Shown: positions 11,521 to 23,582, counted from the stretch's first letter. The stretch is DNA of 64,000 bases from Octopus sinensis (GCF_006345805.1 NC_042998.1:7502001-7566000); one strand, 5' to 3'. The notes: generated from the letters alone by a model not told the origin. Translations and numbers: made by a program.

Positions 11521-11710
11521 ATTCTTATATATATATATATCTACTAATTTTGCCTTTACAGTTTTAAGCTTGCGGTCACAAACATTGTTATCTCTCATAA
11601 GTAATAATGGTCTTTACACACACACACACATAGTTGAAATTTACAGAAAAACAAAACACAAAGACAGGTGTATAAACCACAAGCAAGTGTTTGACGCTCG
11701 GGAAGGTAAA

Positions 11711-11747
11711 TCTTTTACGTTTCGAGCCTACGCTCTTCAACAGAAGG
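11711..11747 (-). ncRNA. Degenerate hammerhead motif with loopless ACGT stem III
   Basis: Minus strand reads CCTT-CTGTTGA-A-GAGC-GTAG-GCTC-GAAACGTA-AAAG; the core A6 position is U. Confidence 0.5.
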
Positions 11748-11762
11748 CAACCACAAGGAAGT

Positions 11763-11764
<2 letters not shown>

Positions 11765-11825
<61 letters not shown>

Positions 11826-11836
11826 GAGAGAGAGAG
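11765..11836. repeat. (GA)n microsatellite
   Basis: Directly visible. Confidence 0.95.
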
Positions 11837-12043
11837 ATAATAAAAAAAACTTACATACACATACATATATCGTTAGCCACCCCGCACCCAAATATTAATC
11901 AACCTTTTCACATAGCCCGCCTACCTATTAAAATTTATGACTCATTGTTAGTCTTTATATCTGAACAGCTGTCTTTTTACCCATTCATCTATTTACCTAA
12001 GTTTCTATTGGATAGATAGATAAACAGATAGATAGATAGAGAT

Positions 12044-12090
<47 letters not shown>

Positions 12091-12360
12091 TAGATTATAA
12101 ATAAATAGATAAAGAGACAGGTAGATGAAAAAGATAAACAAATTCATGGATATATAATTATATGGATAGATAATTAGATAAATAAATAGACCGATAGATA
12201 GCTAAATCGATAGACTGAGAGAGATATAAATTCTTGATACGTAGATATATGGATAGACGGAGAGACATATGGAGAGAGACGCATAGAGATGGATACATAA
12301 GTGGGCAAATAAATAGACAGATGGAGGGAGGGATAGATAGATAGATAGATAGATAGAAAA

Positions 12361-12705
12361 ATGCATACATACATACATACATACATACATACACACATAC
12401 ATACATACACACATACATTATACATACATACATACATACGTTATACATACATACATTATACATACATACATACATACATTATACATACATACATACATAC
12501 GTACATACACACATACATACATACATACGTTATACATACATACATACATTATACAAACATACATACATACATACATACATTATACAAACATACATTATAC
12601 AAACATACATACATACATACATACATACATACATACATACATACATACATACATACATACATACATACATGCATGCATGCATGCATATATGCATACACAC
12701 ACACA
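12361..12705. repeat. (CATA)n microsatellite
   Basis: Directly visible. Confidence 0.95.
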
Positions 12706-13509
12706 GTTCATTCTATTGATTGTTCGAATCAGTGCTCAGTCCATAATTCAAGTTGTCAATTGAAGTTAATGAAAAGAGCTCTTGTAGCCTACTCGCCGTT
12801 CTTAAGAATACCGTTACTTGAATGAATGAGTAGGGAACAGTGAAGTAGTTGAAAGATCTTTGACTGAACTGATGAAACTAATAAATGCTATAACAAGCAA
12901 TAGACTTTACTTATTGCGATGCACCAATTTTAGATACGAAATTGAAATTCTGCTCTGAACAGCTGCTCTCTAAATTTATCACCATTAGGTTGATGTATTT
13001 GCCACACAATTGATTCTAAATGTGGGACTTTTCCCACCCTTCTTTAAAATATCACCATCGTATCAGCCAATACCACTTGAAATTTGTATGGTGTTATATG
13101 TACAGAAAATGTCCGCATGCTCTCTCCCACTCTCTCTCTCTCTCGCTCATATATTTGTATTTGTCATTTGTACATGTATGTGTGTGTGTATGTATGTATG
13201 TATGTATGTATATATATGTCATGTTTGTTTATATATATGTATGTATATATATACATGTGTGTATATATGTGTATAGTGAATATATATATATATATATATA
13301 TGTGAAATAGAAAGATGAATAATCTTGTAGTAGATTAAACAAAAGTTTAACCGATACCTTAGTAGCAAAAATCACAGCAGTAAACAGCACGGTTGGAGGT
13401 ACAACCAACTGGCGTTGCAACCGTGCGTTGGTGCGGATAATTGAAATTAAAACATTATTGGTGAATTGAAGAAATGGAGCTGAACGCAGATTGAACAGAA
13501 ATCGTTTTA

Positions 13510-13598
13510 TTTCATTCTACACGTGTTTCGAAAGGCACAAATTACCAAAATCCGATTGAATAATGGGACCATATTGTGTCTTCTCTTCAGGAAGAAAA
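13510..13598 (-). ncRNA. Type-I hammerhead ribozyme (minus strand, left arm)
   Basis: TTTTCTTC-CTGAAGA-GAAGACACAA...TTGTGCCTTTC-GAAAC-ACGT-GTA-GAATGAAA; predicted cut between 13518 and 13517. Confidence 0.78.
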
Positions 13599-13699
13599 AA
13601 GAAATCCGTTGGAAAAACAAAAACAGAACAGAGGCGGAGCAAAAACAAAAACAAATCGAACTATGCTCCTTCTGTTTTTGTTTTTCAACGGATTTCCTT

Positions 13700-13788
13700 T
13701 TTTCTTCCTGAAGAGAAAGACACAATATGGTCCCATTTTCAATCGGATTTTGGTAATTTGTGCCTTTCGAAACACGTGTAGAATGAAA
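13700..13788 (+). ncRNA. Type-I hammerhead ribozyme (plus strand, right arm)
   Basis: Stem I 13700-13707/13781-13788 (7 of 8 paired); CTGAAGA 13708-13714; stem II GAAAGACACAA/TTGTGCCTTTC (10 of 11, G10.1-C11.1); GAAA 13769-13772; stem III AC-ACGT-GT; GUA cut after 13780. Confidence 0.82.
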
Positions 13789-14241
13789 TAAAACGATTTC
13801 TGTTCAATCTGCGTTCAGCTCCATTTCTTCAATTCACCAATAATGTTATATATATATTATATATATATATATCTTATATATATTATATATAATATATATA
13901 TATATATACATCTACGGACACAAACACGCATATATATACTTACATACACCTACACATACATATACACAAGTATATACGCATATGTATACCTACACACATA
14001 AACGTATAAATGCATATATCCAATGACAAATTGGCAGCGATGAAACTTTGAATATACTGTTACTTTAAAAACTTTAAATGTAAATAAGGAAAATGTAAAT
14101 AAGGAAAATAATGTATAGCTGTCTTTGTCTTTTGTTTTTCTGTAAATTTCAACTAATGAGATTATTAGTAGCCTTATTGCATAGATGATACGTAATTAAT
14201 TAAACTGTGATGGGTTTGTAATTTCCTCAGAAAAAAAATTG

Positions 14242-14242
<1 letters not shown>

Positions 14243-14320
<78 letters not shown>

Positions 14321-14321
14321 G

Positions 14322-14360
<39 letters not shown>

Positions 14361-14363
14361 TAT

Positions 14364-14431
<68 letters not shown>
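14243..14431. repeat. (CTAT)n directly followed by (ATAG)n: inverted microsatellite
   Basis: Directly visible; orientation switches at ~14300. Confidence 0.95.
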
Positions 14432-14433
<2 letters not shown>

Positions 14434-14588
14434 TGTTTCTTTATTAGCCACACGGGCTGCACACAGATAGAACAAATTACAAGGTAGAGCTTTTGCTTTT
14501 GAAGGTTAAAAAAAAAAAAAAAAAGGAAGGGGGAGTTTCGATCAAAAGGGATCGTAAAAGGAGAGAAAGAGGACAAAAAAAGGGGGTA

Positions 14589-14619
<31 letters not shown>

Positions 14620-15538
14620 AGAGGAAAAAAAATTGATCAATAGGGATCGTTTCACAGAAATGTCAATATGAAGTGTAAAGGGGAGGACAGTGAGGTTTAC
14701 CCGTGGAAAGAAAAGCCTACGGAAAAGACCACGGTAACCTCGGTCAATGAAGTCACATTTTATATTTCTTTTTTTTTTTTTTTTTTGCAAATAAGCAACT
14801 CTCTGTTTTCGATTTCTGGGTTCATAGGACTATGCTCAAGGTGGCTTCGTCATTCATACGTGCCATTCTTGCTACATTCACCCATCTTTTTTTAAAACAT
14901 CGCTAGACAAAACTTGCCTCTCTACTCTCACTTTCCTTTTCAAGTGGTACTTGAAGAAGTTGATGAGAGATTGACCAGAGAGGAAAGTGTTTGTCTCCAA
15001 TCCTTTCAGACGCGTCCACCAGATACATTCTTTCGCCATAGCCACAAGGATGATGAAAAATGCTCTTCCTTCCCGTTTGAAGGAAGGAGGCGTGACAATA
15101 TTGACGATAGACTCAGCTGATAAACCGACTCGTCCCACACGTGACAGCAGTTGTTCGACATAAGCCCACAGGTCGGAAAATTTTGGACACTGAACGAGTG
15201 CGTGCAGAACGGTTTCGTCGCTCTGACCGCATCTCGGGCAGGTCGCCCCGTGTTTCTCGAACCGTGTCTGTAGAGCTTATCCCGAACGGGTAGCGCTTCT
15301 CGGTAGCACTGCCAGGCCAGGGATCTCTGGAAGTTGTCCATGGGCCCTGGCCCGAAAGTCGTCCCGAACAGGCGGGTCAGGTACTCCTTGTCGACGTCCA
15401 GGTTCGCCCCGAGCTCGTCGTCGTACCTCCCCTCCACTAATCCCCTATAGAATGCTTTGGTTGTGTTGAAGTCACTTAAGGTCGACCCAGGACGGCAGAG
15501 TTGCTTGAGAGCAACGCGACACTCGCGGTGCCATTCGC

Positions 15539-15540
<2 letters not shown>
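14432..15540 (-). mobile_element. Tx1/L1-group LINE, 5'-truncated 3' fragment
   Basis: C-terminal ORF (WQCYREALPVRDKLYRHG..., H-x4-C knuckle HALVQC, KECIWWTR) ending ~14822; ~390-bp 3' UTR with AATAAA; (GATA)n on both sides. Confidence 0.75.

Positions 15541-15597
<57 letters not shown>
15541..15597. repeat. (GATA)n between the Tx1 copies
   Basis: Directly visible. Confidence 0.95.
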
Positions 15598-15598
<1 letters not shown>

Positions 15599-15647
15599 TG
15601 TTTCTTTATTAGCCACACAGGGGTGCACACAGATAGAACAAATTACA

Positions 15648-17146
15648 CCCACGGGTTATCAAAGCGTTGGCTCCGGTCATCTGCGAGCCCTTAACACGAC
15701 TATTCAATATGTCATTGGCGACGGTTGTTATACCTGCAGACTGGAGAACAGCGATAATCTGCTCAATTTTCAAGAAAGGGACCCGCGAAGACCCGCTTAA
15801 CTACCGACCGGTTTCCCTTACATCAATAATCAGCAAGATGTTCGAAACCATCCTTAAGAAAAGTATGATGCTCCACCTCCTAAACACAGCCTCTATCTCT
15901 GATTCCAACACGGCTTCGTGCCGAAGAGATCATGCTTGACCAACTTACTAGTAATGGAAGAATTGGTGACGCGCATCCTCGATGATAGTGATGCTGTTGA
16001 CATCGTTTTATTGGACTTTGCCAAAGCTTTTGACTCGGTAAACCACCGCCTATTACTTGTCAAGCTTCAAGCATATAGTTTCCATCCGGATATTATACGA
16101 TGGGTTGGTGCCTTCCTCTCAGATCGCTCCTTCCAAGTCCAAGTTAATGGTTCGCGGTCCGACGTCTCCAGTGCGAGCAGTGGCGTGCCTCAAGGTTCAG
16201 TGCTTGGGCCCTTGTTGTTCTTAGTCTTCATAAATGACTTGCCCGACGACCTAACGCAACACACCATTCTATTTGCCGACGATATCAAACTGGTCGCTCC
16301 TCGCGGTAATATAGAGGATCTTCGTCGATGCCTCCACCAAATTTGGAAGTGGTCCAACGATTGGGACCTGTGTCTGAACGTGTCAAAGTGCTGTCATCTG
16401 CCTGTCGGCTCTACTCCTGCAACTCAACTTGATTTCGAGCCGGGTCGTCTGCTGCTGGAGAGGACCGATCAGGTAAAGGACCTGGGTATCTTGGTGGATT
16501 CCTCCTTTTCGCCTTCGGCCCAGTGCGTCCATGTTGCCAACAAAGCACGCGGAATTCTGTTCTTGATTCGACGGTCATTCGGAATGCTCACAGCAGCCAT
16601 ATTCCTACCACTCTATGTCACGCTGGTGAGACCCATATTGGAGTATGGGATTCAGGCCTCTTCTCCTTATCTCCTCAAAGACATACAGCATCTCGAAAGA
16701 GTCCAGAGGCTGGCTACCCGCATGGTTCATGGTCTCAAAAATTTGTCCTACGAAGAAAGGCTGAGGACGCTCGACCTTTATTCTCTTGAAAAACGCCGCC
16801 GCCGTGGTGATCTCATTCTCGCCCACAACATTATAAGCGGAAAGTGTAACCTCTCGAAAGAGCTGTTTTTCACTCCTGCTCCAGAGCGTCGGGTGCGGGG
16901 TCATTCCGAAAAGCTCTACCTGCGACGATTTCATCTCAATCGAAGGAGAGGAGCTTTCTCTGTCCTGGTTGCGGATCCGTGGAACAAGCTGCCAGACGAG
17001 ATGGTGAAGATGCCGACGACCGCTTTGTTCAAAGCCTCCCTGGACCTCAAGTGGCCTGAACTCTTTACATGAACACCACCCTGTACTTAACTTCATGTCC
17101 CCCTACATGGCCTTGCTATTTGCTTTTGAGCCAAATTAACTAACTA
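15648..17146 (+). mobile_element. 5'-truncated CR1/L2-group LINE nested in the Tx1 fragment
   Basis: RT motifs NYRPVSLTS, LLDFAKAFDSVNH, SGVPQGSVLGPLLF, LFADDIKL; (AACT)n tail; ACA at both junctions. Confidence 0.9.
15667..17072 (+). pseudogene. Reverse transcriptase ORF fragment (one frameshift near 15920-15939)
   Basis: ORFs 15667-15939 and 15918-17072 (384 aa open). Confidence 0.9.
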
Positions 17147-17333
17147 ACAAGGTAGAGCTTTTCTTTTGAAGGTAAAAAAAATAAAAAATAAAAAAAAATA
17201 AAAAAAGGGGGGGGGGTCGATCAAAGGGATCGTAAAAGGAGAGAAAGAGGACAAAAAAAGGGGGGGTTAAAAAAAGGGGGAGAGGAAAAAAATTGATCAA
17301 TAGGGATCGTTATCACAGAAATGTCAATATGAA

Positions 17334-17345
17334 TAGATAGATAGG

Positions 17346-17422
<77 letters not shown>
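17334..17422. repeat. (GATA)n at the 5' junction of the second Tx1 fragment
   Basis: Directly visible. Confidence 0.95.
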
Positions 17423-17423
<1 letters not shown>

Positions 17424-18248
17424 TGTTAATGTTTGTTTTTATGATGTTATAACGAAAACAGCTTTACATTAAACTAAAGGATTGCTCAATACTTTTTGTA
17501 GAGTACATATTTATAATTCTTAAGAAGAGTATTAACAGTTCTAAGCCGCCATTGCACAGAATTAGATAGATATACAGAGAGAGAGAGAGATACGTAGGCA
17601 GATGAGATCTCGAGCCATGAAAATGTAATACCTTTCAGCAAGCGATAATTTAAAAGAAGTCGGTCAAATCATTTTTTACAAATACAAGATACTTAAAATT
17701 AGTCATCTTTAAGTTTCGATGCCGTTCTGTATTTTTCTGTGAATAAATTTGTCATGCGTCCATTTTTCTTTTGGCTAACAAATTTGCAATACAGACGCAC
17801 GCGCACACACATACATACACACACGTGTGTTTACGTGCGGATGGAAGAATAGGTGGATGGCTGTCGGTTCAGGGTATATGAGTAATTTCTTATTCGACCA
17901 AATGAATTAGCTGAATAAGCATTCCACAGACACATGAACCCTTAACATAATTCACAAACAGAATCAACATGATACCTTGTGTGACAAGAATGTTACGGGT
18001 CCAATCCATACGGCGGGCTTCTCTACGCTTTCTGTCCGTCAACCCGGTTTCACTTACAGTGCCCGGATGGACCTTAGGCTGTAATAACTGACGTTTGTCC
18101 TAGATGCTGCGCAGTGGGATCGTATCCGGAGATTCCTGATTACGAAGCGAACTTCTTAACCACCTGACCACACACACACACACACACACACACATCTGGA
18201 AAGTTAGATAATATAACATAGAATAGAATATGTTTACGTGTATGTGTA

Positions 18249-18658
18249 TACTCTTTTCTCTCTTTTGCTTGTTTCAGTCATTTGACTGCGGCCATGCTGG
18301 AGCACCGCCTTTTATCGAGTAACTCGACCACGGGACTTATTCTTTTGTAAGCCCAGTACTTATTCTATTGGTCTCTTTTGCCGAACCGCTAAGTAACGGG
18401 GACATAAACACACCAGCATCGGTTGTCAAGCAATGCTAGGGGGACAAACACAGACACACAAACACAGACACGCATACATATATATACATATATACGACGG
18501 GTTTCTTTCAGTTTCCGTCTACCAAATCCACTCACAAGGCTTTGGTTGGCCCAAGGCTATAGTAGAAGACACTTGCCCAAGGTGCCACGCAGTGGGACTG
18601 AACCCGGAACCATGTGTTTGGTAAACAAGCTATTTACCACACAGCCACGCCTGCGCCT
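18249..18658 (-). mobile_element. tRNA-derived SINE, family A (head GGCGCAGGAGTGGCTGTGTGGTAAG, tail (AAGAGTAA)n)
   Basis: A/B-box-like head, internal TA/TG microsatellite; many copies in the window. Confidence 0.88.
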
Positions 18659-18820
18659 ATATGTGTGTTTGTTTGTGTATGTGTGTATGTGTATGCGTTT
18701 GTGCATTTGTATGTATGCATATACATACATTTATACAGACATCTATGTTATACGTGTGTACTTTAGAATCAAATGTGATTGGATGTAAAGATAAATTTTA
18801 ACTAGAAAGTTAGATGAAAT

Positions 18821-18851
<31 letters not shown>

Positions 18852-19419
18852 GAGGGATAAAGAGAGAGTGAGAGGGAAAGAGAGAAACAAAGGATGATAG
18901 GTTTTGACCTAATTCTAAAGAAATTTTAATGAAATGATAATTAATTAACGGTTGCTAATCATCATCTCGTTAAGTTGCTTCGGTTGACTTAATTATAGTT
19001 TAAAACCATTATCTTCACACTTATATACATCTGCCTACACAGACTTACACATTTAATTTCACACACTGATACGCACAATGAAATGCTCTCAGACCTATTA
19101 TGCGTTAACATAATGCGTGTATGTGTGGGTGAGAGATGAGAGTTTATACATAACTTCACTCATTCTTGAGGTTTACATTTACTGAAGTTATGTTTTGTAG
19201 GGCAGCATTCCCCTATCCCCTCACCAATGACCAGTCATTTTCTTCCCTTCCCTGGAACTAAGATTAACGAAATACTTTAAAGTACATTCTAGATCGTGAC
19301 TTCTCATTAGTAGCTTTGGTTTCTACTTTTAATACAAATTTAATATTTTAACTTAGTAATTTACTTCGTTTTATACCTACTGAGATATTTTCCACCAAAA
19401 TAATTATTGTATATCAATC

Positions 19420-19646
19420 AGTTCACGTTGCTCCAGTTAACTCAGCTGTAGAAATGAGTTGCGACATCACTGGTGCCAAGCTATATCAGCCTTTCCCTTG
19501 GATAACATCAGTGGTGTGGAGAGCGGAGACCGGTATACATGGGCGACTGTTGGCCTTCCATAAACAACCTTGCCCGGACTTGTGCCTCGGAGGGTAACTT
19601 TCTAGGTGCAATTCCATCGTCATTCATGACCGAAGGGGGTCTCCCC
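19420..19646 (+). mobile_element. SINE family D, 3' part
   Basis: Matches 23720-23892; ends CATGACCGAAGGGGGTCTC. Confidence 0.75.
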
Positions 19647-20547
19647 ATATCAATCAGCGTTTATAAACTTTATGATCTGATTAACTGAAGTAAAGTTCTC
19701 TTTTAAATTGGAGCATGTATATTTCTATAAATCATTTTAAAATCTTGATACTTTGAACAATACAAAGCGTATAACCGTTCTTGGTCACCTTCCCCAACTA
19801 ATTTTATTTTAAGCAATCACAAGGTTTTAGAGTAATAGATGAAGGGAACATCAAAGTGTTGGAGTTATTTACTAGATAAAATAATGAGGTGGTTGATATT
19901 CAGTTATACTTATCTCGAGGAACTTAAATACCTATTCCGTATATTGACTACAATATAGAATCGAGTCAAACATTTGAACTAGATTTAGTTAAGAGAGGGG
20001 AAAAATGTATCTTTCGTAGTTATTCATAATCATTCACAGTAAATATTGCCTTGTGGTCAACAAGCGAGCATAACTTTAAGTGCACTCTGACCAAGCGAGT
20101 TAGTGGTGTTCATAAATAAAATAAACTTGAACCGAGATCTAAACCAGGTGACTCACCTTAGAAGCCATAGCCGTTTCTAAGATTTCGAAATGTGTTGAGG
20201 TTATGGAAAATATATTTTATTGCAGGTAATTTTCTATTATATCTGTTGATTAATTTTCCACAGCCCGATTGCTTGAAAACGGAAAAAAAGAAGAAAAAAA
20301 CAAACTAGATTTAAATGGCTTATCCAAAGAAACCCCGCAACAATGAAAGAATTATTAAAAGGGTAAGGAAAACCCGTTAAAAATAAAAGGAAAAGGAAAT
20401 CGTAACAAGACTAAAATCCATATTTCCGGTTTCCTAATCAGAAAAGGAAGGTTACTTGTCTACGGCGCCCATGTGTGTGTGTGTGTGTGCGCGCGCGCGC
20501 GCGCGTGTATGTCTGTGTGTGTGTGTATATATATATATACTCAGAAC

Positions 20548-20930
20548 ATGGAGGCGCAATGGCCCAGTGGTTAGGGCAGCGGACTCGCGGTCGTAGGATC
20601 GCGGTTTCGATTCCCAGACCGGGCGTTATGAGTGTTTATTGAGCGAAAACACCTAAAGCTCCACGAGGCTCCGGCAGGGGATGGTGGTGATCCCTGCTGT
20701 ACTCTTTCACCACAACTTTCTCTCACTCTTACTTCCCGTTTCTGTTGTACCTGTATTTCAAAGGGCCGGCCTTGTCACTCTCTGTGTCACGCTGAATATC
20801 CCCGAGAATTACGTTAAGGGTACACGTGTCTGTGGAGTGCTCAGCCACTTGCACGTTAATTTCACGAGCAGGCTGTTCCGTTGATCGGATCAACCGGAAC
20901 CCTCGTCGTCGTAACCGATGGAGTGCTTCC
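20548..20930 (+). mobile_element. tRNA-derived SINE, family B, with 11-bp TSD
   Basis: Head TGGAGGCGCAATGGCCCAGTGGTTAGG...GTTTCGATTCC; TSD ATACTCAGAAC at 20537-20547 and 20931-20941. Confidence 0.92.
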
Positions 20931-21135
20931 ATACTCAGAACGTCATCTATTCTTCAAGTTTATATTTGCTTAAGTTATGCTTTTTCTTCAAGTCAACCAA
21001 TCATTTTAAAGTCCATTCTATGTGAAGGCTTCTAATACATAATTTTCAAATACTGCGGAGAAGATAAGCCGTAGTTTTGTATTTTTCGGGTAGATGGAAT
21101 TATTTTTAATCAGTAAGGAAAATAATATACACATA

Positions 21136-21278
21136 AGACGTAGGAGTGGCTTGCTTAGGAACCACATTGTTCCGGGTTCAGTCCCACTGCGTGGCACCTT
21201 GGGCAAGTGTCTTCTACTATAGCCACGGGCCAACCAAAGCCTTGTGACGGAAACTAAAAGAAGCCCGTCGTATATATG

Positions 21279-21313
<35 letters not shown>

Positions 21314-21530
21314 GTATGTTTGTGTGTCTGTGTTTGTCCCCCCAACATCGCTTGACAACCGATGCTGGTGTGTTTATGTTCCCGTAACTTAGCGGTTCGG
21401 CAAAAGAGGCCCGATAGAATAAGTACTAGGCTTACAAAGAATAAGTTCTGGGTTCGATTTCCTCGACTAAAAGGTGGTGCTCCAGCATGGCCACAGTCAC
21501 ATGACAGAAACAAGTAAAAGAGTAAAGAGA
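21136..21530 (+). mobile_element. SINE family A (internal deletions)
   Basis: Similarity to the other A copies. Confidence 0.85.
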
Positions 21531-21835
21531 TACAATACTCGGTGGAGAGTTTAGAAAGACAGACTGGGTGTCAGTAACAAGAACGATAGAAGTACCAGCA
21601 AACAACAAGTGAAAAAAGAAAAAGCAAAAAATTAAGGGCATGATATCTTACAAGAGAATGTAATAAATCATTTCAGAAGTGCCTTATCTGCAGACGTTCA
21701 AACCAGATAGGAAAATAATTATCTTTAAACAAAATGAATCATATTTTAAGCAGAAAGTGAGGAGTCTCTGATGTTGTATTGACAATGCCGCGAATATGTA
21801 ACATGAAAGAAGTTCACTGCAAATGTTACTAGTAT

Positions 21836-22250
21836 AGCGCAGGAGTGGCTGTGTGGTAAGTAGCTTGTTAACCAACCGCATGGTTTCGGGTTCAGTCCCA
21901 CTGCGGGGCATCTTGGGCAAGTGTCTTCTACTATAGCCTCGGGCCGACCAAAGCCTTGTGAGTAGATTTGGTAGACGGAAACTGAAAGAAGCCTGTCGCA
22001 TATATGTATATATCTGTATATGTATGTGTGTGTTTGTGTGTCTGTGTTTGTACCCCTAGCATTGCTTGACAACCGATGCTGGTGTGTTTACGTCCCCGTT
22101 ACTTAGCAGTTCGGCAAAATACACCGGTAGAATAAGTACTGGGCTTACAAAGAATAAGTCCCGGGGTCGATTTGCTCGACTAAAAGCGGTGCTCCAGCAT
22201 GGCCGCAGTCAAATGACTGAAACAAGTAAAAGAGAAAAGAGTAAAAGAGT
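21836..22250 (+). mobile_element. SINE family A
   Basis: Full head to tail. Confidence 0.88.
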
Positions 22251-22615
22251 ATGCATACAAAAGTGTCCCAGCAGGAGGGCTCATAGATTCGCTGGTTAAC
22301 GATAGCTTCAGTAACGCTCGTTATTTCGAAACACAGAGTAAATGAAACCATGGCGACTGAAGAAGGGGAATTTTCCTTGTGTTATTTGTCCTGTACTCTA
22401 TTTTTTCGTTGTTTAAGAAAAATGTCCAGTTCGTTGGTTTTCTGTTTATGTTTTCGTTTTTCATTGTGTTCGACGTTTTTTTGGTGTCCTGTACCCATAT
22501 ATGCATGTATATATATACATGTAGATGTAGGTACGTACATATATGTATGTATATATGCATATGTTTTATTTATTAATTTATGTATATATATATATATTAT
22601 ATATATATATATATA

Positions 22616-22826
22616 TACTCTTTTACTTGTTTCAGTAATTTGACTGCGGCCATGCTGGAGCACCGCCTTTAGTCGAGCAAATCAACCCCAGGACTTATTC
22701 TTTGTAAGCCCAGTACTTATTCTATCGGTCTTTTTTGCCGAACCGCTAAGTGACGGGGATGTAAACACACCAGCATCGGTTGTCAAGCAATGCTAGGGGG
22801 ACAAACACACAAACACACACATACAC

Positions 22827-22861
<35 letters not shown>

Positions 22862-23023
22862 TACGACAGGCTTCTTTCAGTTTCCGTCTACCAAATCTAC
22901 TCACAAGGCTTTGGTCGGCCCGGGGCTATAGCAGAAGACACTCGCCCAAGATGCCACGCAGTGGGACTGAACCCGGAACCATGTGGTTGGTTAGCAAACT
23001 ACTTATCACACAGCCACTCCTGC
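22616..23023 (-). mobile_element. SINE family A
   Basis: Full head to tail. Confidence 0.88.
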
Positions 23024-23163
23024 ATATATATATACGTATATCGTGGCACTCCGTCGGTTACGACGAAACCGGGCCCACGAGCCTGGCTAGTCTTGAAAAG
23101 GGCGCATAAATAAAATAGTTACTATCCTTATCCCTTGAGATTTTACAACTAGCTACTTTGCTT

Positions 23164-23582
23164 TAGGCGCAGGAGAGGCTGTGTGGTAAGTAGCTTGCTA
23201 ACCAACCACATGGTTCCGGGTTCAGTCCCACTGCGTGGCATCTTGGGCAAGTGTCTTCTGCTATAGCCTCGGGCTGACCAATGCCTTGTGAGTTGATTTG
23301 GTAGACGGAAACTGAAAGAAGCCCGTCGTATATATGTATGTATATTTGTGCATGTATGTGTATGTTTGTGTGTCTGTGTTTGTCCCTCTAGCATTGCTTG
23401 ACAACCGATGCTGGTGTGTTTACGTCCCCGTCACTTAGCGGTTCGGCAAAAGAGACCGATAGAATAAGTACTGGGCTTACAAAGAATAAATCCCGGGGTC
23501 GATTTGCTCGACTAAAGGCGGTGCTCCAGCATGGCCGCAGTCAAATGACTGAAACAAGTAAAAGAGAAAGAGTAAAAGAGTA
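23164..23582 (+). mobile_element. SINE family A
   Basis: Full head to tail. Confidence 0.88.

Larger units (their letters stand above)
13451..13847. mobile_element. Near-perfect palindrome (arms 13451-13641 and 13664-13847); probable inverted Penelope-like pLTR pair
   Basis: The arms are reverse complements apart from a few substitutions and small indels; each arm carries a hammerhead. Confidence 0.8.
15598..17333 (-). mobile_element. Second Tx1-like 3'-UTR fragment (15598-15647 + 17147-17333), split by a CR1-type insertion
   Basis: The two halves join to reproduce 14433-14673 (ACAAATTACA|AGGTAGAGC). Confidence 0.85.

Noticed and set aside
20549-20620. tRNA-like sequences with A and B boxes (here and in other SINE heads)
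   Set aside because: No complete cloverleaf or acceptor stem; followed by SINE bodies and TSDs.
22335-22380. GAAACCATGGCG followed by CTGAAGAAGGGG: possible hammerhead
   Set aside because: No U at 16.1 and no consistent stems I and II in any topology I could draw.
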